From contig OZ024741.1 of assembly GCA_964016885.1 (NCBI GenBank), positions 304,048,001-304,112,000 of the forward strand: DNA of 64,000 nt. The letters run 5' to 3'. This document shows, piece by piece, positions 26,125 through 37,700 of this stretch. The translations under genes were made by a program, and so were the position numbers. The notes beneath the pieces are model-generated. The model made no database searches and had not been told where the DNA came from. It saw only the letters and a program-made list of their open reading frames with translations. Each line of letters opens with the position of its first letter. The first letter of the stretch is position 1. Source of the DNA: Eledone cirrhosa. Taxonomy: Eukaryota.

Positions 26125-28900
26125 CCTTTCAAGGGCAGTGCCCCAGCATGGCCTCAGCCAGATGGTTGGAATAGGTAAAAGAGTAAAAGAGTATATATAT
26201 GCTTGTTCTATGGGTTTGTGTAATAAATACACTAACATACAGTGAGCAAGGGACTGAAATATAGTATAAAAAATCAAAATGATATTTGATATTAATAATA
26301 ACTATTTTCTTTGAAGTCTTGTTGATGCTGCTGGTTCTCAAATCTGCTTTGAGAAGCCATTATGTCGACAAAATTTTGATTTAAACTATCACTATTAGCA
26401 AAAGGTGTGTGTGATCATTATTTTTACATTTTCTTTTCTATGCTTGAATGGGAAGAACCAGACATTATGAGGTAGTTTTGCAATGTCTTTTTACCCTTTC
26501 TGACACCAACCTATACTTTAAGTGTGGTGTGTATGTGTGCATGTATTTATATAAAAAAGAGCATCCAGCTATAGAAACCATACCAAAATATGGAAGAGGT
26601 GAACAAGACCAAGGTATTCAAGCTGTTTTGTCTCTGACAGTGACAAAGTGTTCAACTTATTCTAGCATGGAAAACAAATGTAAAATCATGATGACATATA
26701 TTTATATATATCATCATCGTCATTTTACGTCCGCTTTTCTCCATATATGATATATATGTGTGTGTGTATCGCTGCATGTGATTAAATGAGGTGGTGCAAG
26801 GAAGGACACCCAGCCATAAAACATTGCCACAAAAAGGACGCCATGATAAATATGAAGTTTGTCATGGGGCCTGCAAGACTAAACTCTGCTATGGCAGGGA
26901 AAAATTAATGTTATATATATATATATGGGTGTGTGTGTGTGTATTATTTAGGTGTGTAACTACAGTTACAGCAGTTACAAGTGGCAGGACCTCTGTCAAC
27001 ATTTTAGATGTGTCTTTGCACATATAAACTTGCATATCTGAGATATCGAAGAAGAGTTGGGCCCTGGTCATTACCCTGAACTGATCGATATTGAAACAAT
27101 TGCAATATGTCAATAAAGTTTGTACATATGCTGCAACACTGACTTCAATTCTACTTACTTTATCTCTATATATAAATTTCACTCTATATATATACAAGTA
27201 ATAAACATTCATGGTGTAAAAATTCAAAATGCTATTACCAAGTAAACTAGATTTATGGGTGGTATCAAGAATTTTGAAACTAGTTATTAGCTTCAAAACT
27301 TATTTACTGCCATTTACTGCGAGTAAATAAAAATAACAATTTGCTGTATCAATCATTTTTTATTTTTACATGATATAACATGAATAATTTTAGAAAATAT
27401 ATATATTTATATATAGTTACAGGATTTTCTGTAATTGTGTTTACTGTGCAAGAGAGTTATGTCATATAGTGTATATAGTTCTAATATTGTATACATATGT
27501 ATGTAATTCTAATATTGTACACATATACAATATCAAGCCCCTACCATCGGTTAACTTGGATTATCAGATAAAACAATACACTCTTCTCCCTCTGTTCATA
27601 TGTTCTAATAAGAGCTTTGTGGGAGAGGGAGAGAGAGAGAGAGAGAGAGATTTCTCTAAATGGTATCAAGCATTCTTTCCTTTGTAAACCCAAATATATG
27701 TATATGCAGGTGTATAATTCAGGGTCAGCTGAAAAACATACTCTCAAGAAATGACCAAATGTGGTTTATTTTTCAACATTGTCTCTGGAAAGAAACAATG
27801 CAGTTATTAATAAAAAGTTAAATTTAATGCATACAAAATTGCATAGGTCTAGCATCACTGCTTCATATTCAGCCTATGAATATTTCAGCCAACACTCATA
27901 TATATCTGTAGTGGCTACTGGCCACGTTTTCCATTTACAGGGGTATTTTACCCGATTTTCTACATTTTCTAAGCATTTCGACTCTCTTGATGCTCAAATG
28001 ATTAACAAAAAAAAAAATATATATGTATGTATGTATATATCATCGTCATTTTAACATCTGCTTTTCCTGCTAGCAATGGTCGGGCAGGTCTGCATAGACA
28101 GTACTGAAGCAAAGCCACTGATCTCCCAAGCAGGCAGACCAGCGATCTGTGTCTCACTTTATGTACGGTCAATGTTTCACTGAATGCATAGGAGGGGGTT
28201 GTCATGTCTTTGACACAACTGAACGTCCTCCCAACCCTTCTGATGGCAAGATTTATATATATATTCCTTTTCCAACAAGACTTTACAATCTATAAAGTGG
28301 TGACCTTGAGCCAATTCTCTGTGAAATGTGCATAACAGGTCGATACATAATAAATATCTTAAATATGTAAACGAAACTTCGTTTTTTTCTAATATATACA
28401 CTTTGCTGTGCATAGAGTGCTTGCTTTGGTACCAACACCAGTAATTTACTGAACCACCTACAATATATATATATATATGAATAAGTTTTCAACACAAATG
28501 CATGCTATCTAAGATTTTGAACTCCAAATAACATAGGACATATGCTAGTTGGAGTTTGAAACCTTCGGTACCATGGTTTTGTGTTGAAAACATATTTAGA
28601 TAATATACTTTGGCTCTGTACATGACATAGAGCACTCAATTTCTTCAAAAACTCTTGGCACTATATATAAGAAGGCTAGAGAATACAAAATGGTTGTAAA
28701 ATGAAGGGATTGAAAAAGTTACGTAAGTCTTGTTACTCTGAATTTCACCTGTTTATCACAGGGTCATCAGGGAAAACTCAAAAGTAACAAGATTCACTAT
28801 ATAGCCTTAATAAAATGAATATTAAAACACTACTTCAGTATTGAGTGCTCTTTTTTCCCATCCGTCAACCACATATGGATATATATATATATATATATAT

Positions 28901-29254
28901 ATCATCATTATTTTACATCCGCTTTTCCCTGCTTGCAAGGGTGGGACGGGAACTGATTCTGGCTTGATTTCTACAGCTAGATGCCCTTCCTAACACCAAC
29001 CTCATTTACAGTGAGTGATGGGTGCTTTTTTGCCGTGGCACCTCCACGACCACTTTGCAGTGGAATGATAGGGACTGGGATCCATATCATTCCACTACAA
29101 AGTAGTCGTGGAGGTGCCACGGCAAAAAAGCATCAGCACTCACTGTAAATGAGGTTGGTGTTAGGAAGGGCATCTAGCTGTAGAAATCAAGCCAGAATCA
29201 GTTCCCGTCCCACCCTTGCAAGCAGGGAAAAGCAGACGTAAAATGATGATGATG
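28901..29254. repeat. Inverted repeat of a SINE/RTE tail: ~170-bp arms, 14-nt spacer
   Basis: 28901-29070 vs 29085-29254, near-perfect reverse complements. Confidence 0.95.
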
Positions 29255-29518
29255 ATGATATATATATATATATATACACACACACATACATATCCCCCAC
29301 ATATCTTATCCATATGTATCCTGGTTTTTAGAACAGGTACACTGTTTCCCTGCATGTTATAAGAGAAAACTAAATCACTAAATTGATTGGCATCAAGAAG
29401 GGTATTTTTCCATAAAATACTACCTCAAAAATTCCCATGCAACCCATGTTGGCATGGAAAAGCAGATATGAAAATGATGATGATGACAACGATATATATA
29501 ACTAGAGAGAGAGAAAAA

Positions 29519-29573
<55 letters not shown>

Positions 29574-29723
29574 AGAGAGAGATGGACACATTCATTTAAA
29601 AGTGTGTGCACACACATATTTAGGAATTGTAACGTCCAGTTATTGTAGGTTCACCAGGGTGAGCACTCGATGCGTAGTTTCCAGTAGGTATACAGATGTA
29701 GTACTAAGCAGAGTGTAATAATA

Positions 29724-29885
29724 ATAATAAAAAGTACGATTTGTTATGTCTTCATTACATTTATTGAGTAGTGATGCACGTTTCGCTATGGAGGGCCAGA
29801 TCGAACCATGAACTGATCAATAGCGAAACACGTTCCACTACTCAATAAATGTAATGAAGACATAACAAATCGTCCTTTTTATTAT
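29724..29885. repeat. Inverted repeat: ~65-bp arms, 30-nt spacer
   Basis: acgatttgttatgtcttcattacatttattgagtagtg ... cactactcaataaatgtaatgaagacataacaaatcgt. Confidence 0.9.
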
Positions 29886-30504
29886 ATATATATATGCCCA
29901 TACATGTATATACATATATATATATATATATATATGTCTGGATTTAGCTGTTGAAACAGCAGGAGCTCAGCTGTCGGGGTCCCGGATTTTTCATATATAT
30001 ACACACACATAAAAGTCTATTCCTTTTAGTTTATCTCTGCTTTCAGTTTACTTTTCAAACAATCCCTTGGTATTTTGTAATCAGATTCTTTGGTTTTTAG
30101 AGGTTTTGTTTTTTTTCTTGTATTCTTCTTTATTGAAATTCTTCAATTCCAAGGTAAGGATAAACATAGAATGGAAAATTACCTAGAAATTAAAAAAAAC
30201 AACAACAACAACATAGCAATAATGAAATGAAAGCAAGGGTGGGCATGGATGAATGTTTAATCTGTCACATTTGATATATATATCATTTTTTTATCTTCAT
30301 TGTAGTCATTATCATCATCATCATCATCATTGTATTCATGATCTTGTTCTCCAATGAATGGGGAAAAAAATGTTATAAGAGAGCTTTTGTGTTGGATGTT
30401 TCAATATTGATATGATGGTTGAAAATTGAGGGAGAATATGTTTCTATTACTTGTTGTTGTTGATGCTGTTTTAACTCTAAATGTTTAAGCACAAAATTAC
30501 GCGC

Positions 30505-30816
30505 CTAATAGTAAAAGGTTTTCTGACAGCTGCTGCCAGCACCACCACTGGTGCCTTCTCTACTACCAGAATTGCCACTAAAACTGAAATTACTGCTACC
30601 ATGACCATGAGCACGATTACCATTGTTGCCATCGCTACTGTCACTGTCACTGTCCATCTGTTGCTGCTCCTGCTGCTGTGTAGTGTTTGGTTTTGGTCGA
30701 GGTCTTCGACAGTCATTCTTGTGTTCTTTTTGCCAGTGGTCCTTTTGACATGTTTTGCTGCAATATGCTGTATTCCAGCAGCAGTGGTACATAGCTTCCT
30801 CTCCACAGAAAAAACA
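30505..30816 (-). CDS. ZMYND11: ZMYND11 last coding exon (MYND finger plus C-terminal extension)
   Basis: ttcag|[38 protein letters not shown]...FYY*; nearly identical to the BS69 MYND motif. Confidence 0.95.
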   Translation of the reverse strand, partial: CFFCGEEAMYHCCWNTAYCSKTCQKDHWQKEHKNDCRRPRPKPNTTQQQEQQQMDSDSDSSDGNNGNRAHGHGSSNFSFSGNSGSREGTSGGAGSSCQKTFYY

Positions 30817-31689
30817 CTGAAATAGGGGAATGATTGAGTTAGAGAGGGAGGAGGAGGAACATACAGACATACGTTCTAAAATACATATTGACATTTAAAT
30901 ATACATACATATATATATACAAACGTACATACATACAGGTATTCAAACATATATACAAAGATACATATATGCATTCAAACATACATACAGACAGACATTC
31001 AAACATACATAGACAGACATACATATAGACATTCAAACATACATACAAACAGGCAGTAAAGGTTTTAATAATAAATGAAAACATAACTAATTCAATAGCA
31101 ACATGTATAGGACTGCTTTAAGTTCCAAAACTAGCTGTTATTTCATTTATCACTGTTTTACATCTATTTTTATTCTTCTCATAGATACATGATTAAGATG
31201 GTTTTTGATTGAGTAAATTAGATTTTATAACTGGATGTTCTTCCTATCACAAATCATTCATTAGTTTTAAGAGCAAAACATGACTTTTGTTTATTGAGAA
31301 AACTGAAACAAGCATATATACGAGCTCTGTAGAGAGCCACAACAATGGTTGAATTCAGATCTGAACTTAGTAGTTCAGTAATTTAATCATAGCAAGTAAT
31401 TGTTTTTATTATACTAACAAAGTTAAGTTGGGCCCTGCCCAAAGTGTCTTTAACCCCTCTCCTCTTTAAGGTTTGAAAAAATTTGTTACGCCCTTTTGTT
31501 ACCATATGTACTTGAATTAATTTATGAAGAATTTAGAAGGATGTATTAACATTATTAAGATAATATTTGTAACCCAACTTAACAAAAGGTTCTTATATCA
31601 AATTGTATTAGAACATTTTAAGCTGAATAGGAACCTTTTGGCAGAGGCAGTCTTCAGTGGGCTGGTATCAAAAAGATTAGCCATTTACA

Positions 31690-32040
31690 TCCCATCATGT
31701 CATATCACATCTGACTCACCAAATATATTAACTGAAGATGACTATCCTACATCATAACATCTGTATCCCCATTTCATCTGATTAACCTTACATACTACTT
31801 GAAGTTTTCTCACATCATAACATCCTTAACCTTGTCACATCTGAATCGTTCTATATACTTTCTGAAGAGGACTGTCACAGATCATAACATCTGTATTTCA
31901 TTACATCTGATTCTATATACTACCTGAAGTTGTCATTCTCACATCATAACATCTACATCCCATTGCATCTGATTAACCTTATATGATACTTTAAGATGAT
32001 CACCCCATATTATAACAACTATATTGCCATCATGTCTGAT
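31690..32040. repeat. Degenerate ~60-68-bp tandem repeat in the last ZMYND11 intron
   Basis: Recurring catcataacatc...catctga...tatact..tgaag, about 5 copies. Confidence 0.7.
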
Positions 32041-32422
32041 GTTGCAGTTTGATTTTCTATATAGACAATTTACATTTAGTTTGCTAATGCCTTTTTCAAA
32101 AAGTATAACCATTTATGACATCATATCCAGAGTTTCTCTGCATCCTGCACCTTTAAAATATTGTCAATGTTGTCATCAACACTGTCATCGACATCACTTT
32201 TATTTTGACTTTTCTAAGCTGGCATGGGTTGTACAGGACATTTTGAGACAATGTTTTACAACCAAATGCCTTCCTGACACCAATCTTTTAATTACTTCTT
32301 ATGATCCACAGGGACAAGATGTACCTATTCTAAACAGGATATGAATTATGCTGAGAGAATTTAACTATGTAGCTGAGTCTGAGTATAATACTAACTTCCT
32401 ACAATGACTATATATAATTCTG

Positions 32423-32570
32423 CCATAACATACAACTCAGTGATATATCTACCATAACATACAACTTACCCAGTGATACAACTACTATAACACACAACCC
32501 AGTGATATAACTACCATAAAATACAACTTACCCTGGGATACAACTGTTATAACACACAACTTACCCACTG
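32423..32570. repeat. 29-33-bp tandem repeat that includes the exon 5' splice site
   Basis: Units ataaca(t/c)acaac(ttac)ccagtgata; three units contain acttaccc, i.e. gg|gtaagt on the minus strand. Confidence 0.8.
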
Positions 32571-32750
32571 TTTTTTCTTTACATAAGAAATATATTCCTT
32601 ATGTTTTTTAGACAACTTTTTCATCTCTTCCATATATTGTTCCTTAATCTTCTCTGCAGTCTGTCGGCGTACTCGATCAATTTCTCTTTGCATATTTGTC
32701 ACAGCTCGAGCAACTGCTTGTTGTTTGTCAATCTCAAACTCCTTTTGGAG
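32565..32750 (-). CDS. ZMYND11: ZMYND11 exon (coiled coil to KKKQW)
   Basis: LQKEFEIDKQQAVARAVTNMQ...ISYVKKKQW|gtaagt vs human EEEKRQAVNKAVANMQ...ISQTKKKQW. Confidence 0.95.
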
Positions 32751-33955
32751 CTGTAAAAGAACCATAAGGAAATTCATCAGATTATTAGTTTCTATCTCTC
32801 TCCTAAATGCTGCTCTCTCTCTCTCTCCCTTTTTTTTCTCTCTCTCTCTCTTTTTGCGAAGAAATACACCAGATTCTTACTTCATCACATCTCTACATTC
32901 TCTGTTTCTCTCTAATAGATCTTGCTTACAAGTTCCACAACATCTCTCTCTCTATATATATATACATAAATAAGACTGTTATTGCTCCAGCCAATCTACT
33001 CACCTTCAACAACTACCCTATATACACATACATATATATTAGAGGGGACAAGTAAGTTTGATACACAACCACTTTACAGTGTGGACTGGGGACACGGGTG
33101 AGGGAGTTGAATGGGGATTGGGGAAGTAGATTTATTTCAAAATGTATCAAACCCCTTTGTAACCTGGTCACTGACACAGTTCCACTGTAACTGATTTGAA
33201 ACAGCCTACTTAACTCTTTGGATGCTTCTGAGAAAGTTCAAAGAACACATACTGTTCCGTAACCATTTCACTGTAATTTGTTGAAATATTTTGATATAAT
33301 ATTTGTTTTAGTGTCTACATTTTGAAATTTATCCTTAGTTTTTATCATAGTTTATCATTTTATTGTTGTTGTTGTTTATCTCCAGTCTATTTCATCAAAG
33401 GATTTCCATGTGTGACAATCCCATCTTTTTAAGGGTATCTAGGTGTACATTATTTTATGTATTCCTCAATTTTAAAGATGGCAGGATATGACTTTTCTCT
33501 CTCTCTCTCTTTATATATATATAATCATCATAATTTTTACATCCATTTTCTATGCTTGTATAGGTTTGGTGAGTTCTCAGCACAATATTTCTCCAGTCAG
33601 TCTTAGCGATTTGAGGTCAGCTCTCACAACCTCTGCCCAGGTCTTTCTTAGTTGTCCTTTACTGTGGCTTCTTTGCACTGGGATTTCCATATGTATGTGT
33701 GTGTGTCATTTTTTTTTCTTTTAATAACCTAATATATGTTTAATGGAGCTATCATCATTGATGTGTTTTAGAAGGAGTTAGTTTGTTATGTGTGATACTT
33801 GTTAAAAGTTCCTTTAAGGCTTATATAATTTTATTCTCTACTATTACTAGCAGAAGAATCACAGTGAACAATTTCCTGCCTTAATTCCTTTGGATCAAAT
33901 ATATTCTCATAAAACCATATATATCTAAAACATATTAAAAATCCCAAAACATTAC

Positions 33956-34102
33956 CCGATCAGACACTCTTTTCTCTGCTTGCTCAATATCTTTCTTCTG
34001 TTCAGCTTCAGTTTTCCTTTTGTAGTCCTCAAACAAATTGGAGAATTCATCTTTGCAGTTGCAACTTTTCTTACTGGCATCACTCTGTACAAACTTATTA
34101 AC
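33956..34102 (-). CDS. ZMYND11: ZMYND11 exon (start of coiled coil)
   Basis: gcag|VNKFVQSDASKKSCNCKDEFSNLFEDYKRKTEAEQKKDIEQAEKRVSDR|gtaatg; resembles human CHDKYTKIFNDFKDRMK. Confidence 0.88.
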
Positions 34103-34783
34103 CTGCAATATTCAGGAGATAAATTTGTGATAACTATAGTTGCTTTAGCTGAAACCACATATAATTCTATTACATTCACACATGTATATACACATAATTA
34201 ATACCTATGTACTTTTAGAAAACCTCTCTCACACATAAACACTAATACACACACATTAAGAGCTGCCACTATTAATGTTGGCACCTAGACATGTAAGACA
34301 AATGAGATTGTGGAGGAGTTGTTAGAGGTGAAAGGAAGCATCAGCTAGTTTCCTCTGACAAAGAAGAAGCAGATTGGCAGTATCGGTAGAAGGTCGGACG
34401 TCATGCTTTGCAGCATAGAGTTACGCCCCTTTATGGTCTGAGTTCAAATCCTGCCGAGGTTAACTTTGCTTTTCATCCTTACAGGATCGATAAAATAAAG
34501 CACTAGTAATGAACTGAGATAATTGCTGGCCTTGTGCCAAAAGTAGAAACAATTATTATCACCATCATCAAGACTTATGATTCATATACTTAAACCTTTC
34601 GTTACCATATTTTTTATAAAAGAGAAAGCCTATAGTTTTCAAATAATTTTGAAAATAATCAAACATTTGGTGGGGATTTAGTAAAATGATTAATTTTTTT
34701 AATTATTGAGCTGATGTTTGGAACATTACTTATCAAAATTTTCTTACAGAAAATTACGTTGAGAGATTTTTAGATATGTATGA

Positions 34784-37700
34784 GAATGCGAGCACTCTTC
34801 TTTGTTTCGCCCGCGGATGGCTAACATAACCCCATCTCCCCCCGCCCCACACCACCCCCACCCTCCAAACGCGATCCAAAACTTCAGAGTTGGTACCATA
34901 AATGTAGGCACCCTAAAGGGGCGCGCTAACGAGGTTGTAGAAATGCTTGAACGTAAGGAGGTCGATGTTTGTTGTATTCAAGAGACCAGGTGGAGGGGTG
35001 GGTCTGCTAGATTCATTGAGGGTAAAAAACGATGTTATAAGCTTTTCTGGGTGGGAAACGACGATGGGCTGGGTGGAGTAGGAATCATGGTAGCAGAAAA
35101 GTGGGCGGATAAGATAATAGACGTAAATAGAGTGAACGACAGAATAATTAAAATACGACTTGTCCTCAATAGAACTACGGTGACAGTAATATCTGCGTAT
35201 GCACCCCAATCCGGACTGCCCGGCACTATAAAAGACAGATTCTATGAGACACTGATGCTCACTACCTCCCAAATATCTGACAGTGACTATATAATTATTG
35301 CAGGCGACCTAAATGGTCACGTTGGGCAACATTGTGACGGCTACGACGAAATCCATGGAGGCTATGGGTTTGGTACTAGAAATGAGGAAGGCTCCAGAAT
35401 CCTGGAATTCTGTGATGCAAATAACCTAACTATCTGTAACACTAACTTCAAAAAACGTGACAATCACCTGATCACCTATAGATCCGGGGAACACACAAGC
35501 CAGGTAGATTATATCCTTACCAGAAGACGTGACAGAGTGTCTGTTGTAAACACTAAATCCCTCCCCCATGAAGAATGCACCTCCCAACATAGACTGATAA
35601 TTAGCGACCTCATAGTCAGGTCGAGACGTACTCGACAGCAGAAGAGGACTATCCTCAGGAGAAAAATATGGAAGCTAAAGGACCCCACAGCCAAAAATAA
35701 ATTTCAAAACATATTACTTGATGCTTTCGACAGTAAGGAAGAACACTTAGAGTCGGACAATATAGAGGGACAGTGGGAATTTCTGAAAGCAAACCTGCTG
35801 TTGGCCACAGACGAAGTCTGTGGCTGGAGCAGGCCTGTAGGCAGGAGGAGAGTAACATGGTGGTGGAACAGTAAGGTGGAGGAGTCAATTAAGGCCAAAA
35901 AGCAGGCTTGGAAAGTATGGCGGGATGGGGGAAGTAGAGTAGACTATCAAGTGGCCAGGAGGGAAGCTAGGAGAGAAGTGTACTTAGCAAGAAGGGAAGC
36001 TGAGGAAAGAAAGTTCAAGCATGTCCTACAACGCGATGACCAAAAACGTGAGGTGTTCAGGATTGCTAGGCAATGCGTCAAGGAAAACCGTGATATTGTC
36101 GGGGAGAAGTGTGTACTTAACGATGATGGCATACTTGCCATCACCGACACTGATAAGAAGGCAGCTTGGAAGTGTCACTATGAAAGGCTACTAAATGAGG
36201 AGAATAAATGGGAGAAAGACAGTCTCCCCCACGTCGACCCAATAGAGGGACCAGCAGTGTTAGTCGAGGGGAGTATAATAAGTAAGGCAATCAAGGATAT
36301 GAAGACAGGTAAGGCGGCTGGGCCTTCGGAAATAGTTGCTGAGATGCTGAAGGCATCTGGCACGGTGGGACACACCATGGTCACCCGCATAGTTAACCAA
36401 GTCGTACAGAATGGGGTTGTTCCGAAGGACTGGCATAGCAGCATCATCGTTAACTGTTATAAGGGTAAAGGAGACGCCCTAGATAGGAGTAACTATAGAG
36501 GCATTAAATTAATCGACCAGGTCATGAAGGTCACAGAAAAAGTAATAGCGCAACTAATCAGAGAGAGAATTGACCTAGATGAAATGCAGTTCGGGTTTGT
36601 GTCAGGCAAAAGTACCACAGACGCTCTTTTCATAGTACGACAACTACAGGAGAAGTACCTAGCTAAAGGTAAACCCCTCTACTTAGCTTTTGTCGACTTG
36701 GAGAAAGCCTTCGACAGAGTCCCCCGCTCCATTATCTGGTGGGCTCTTAGAAAACTAGGCGTTGACGAATGGCTTGTGAGGGCTATACAAGCCATGTATA
36801 AAGAAACAGTCAGCAAGGTTAGAATTAACAACGAATATAGTGAAGAGTTTAGCGTAAAAGTTGGCGTCCATCAGGGCTCTGTTCTCAGCCCCCTACTATT
36901 TATTATTGCCCTTCAGGCTATAACAGAGGAGTTCAAGACAGGCTGCCCATGGGAACTCCTATACGCAGACGACCTGACACTCATAGCGGAATCAATGGCC
37001 GAGCTAGAGAAGAAATTCCAAACATGGAAGCACGGCCTAGAGTCAAAAGGACTTAAAATTAACCTGGCTAAGACCAAAGTTCTAGTTTGTAGGAAAGAAA
37101 ACAAGGCGGCGGTCCCTTCTGGGAAATGGTCGTGCTCGGTGTGTAGGAAAGGCGTAGGTAGAAACTCCATTTTGTGTCCTAAATGCAAAGTATGGGTGCA
37201 TAAAAGATGTAGTGGGTTCACAGGTAAGCTAACTAAGAACATAGATTTTACATGTGGCCGGTGTTCTGGTGCAATAGGTAGCAGCAAGTGCCCACACAAT
37301 ACTAGCTCTTTCAATTGCGCAGAGGGTTCTATAGACATAGTGGACAGCTTCCGTTACCTGGGCGATAAAATCAGCAGTGGGGGAGGGTGCTCTGAAAGTA
37401 CTGTAGCTAGAGTCAGAACTGGTTGGAAAAAGTTCAGAGAGCTTATACCACTATTAGCTGCTAAAGGGTTCTCCCTAAAAATGAAAGGCAGGTTGTACGA
37501 TGCCTGCATACGAACAGCAATGTTGCATGGCAGTGAGACCTGGGCATTGTGTGCAGAGGATATACGCAGACTAGAGAGGAACGAAGCTTGCATGCTCCGC
37601 TGGATGTGTAACAGTAATATACGTGAACGGCAAAGCATAAACGAACTAAGGAAAAAATTAGAGATAAGAGGGATCAGATGTTGTTTACTCGAGAGAAGGC

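Noticed and set aside
30477-30825. Overlapping 109- and 114-aa ORFs on the MYND exon; likewise 42712-43008 poly-Ser
   Set aside because: Alternative-frame or antisense shadows of low-complexity coding sequence.
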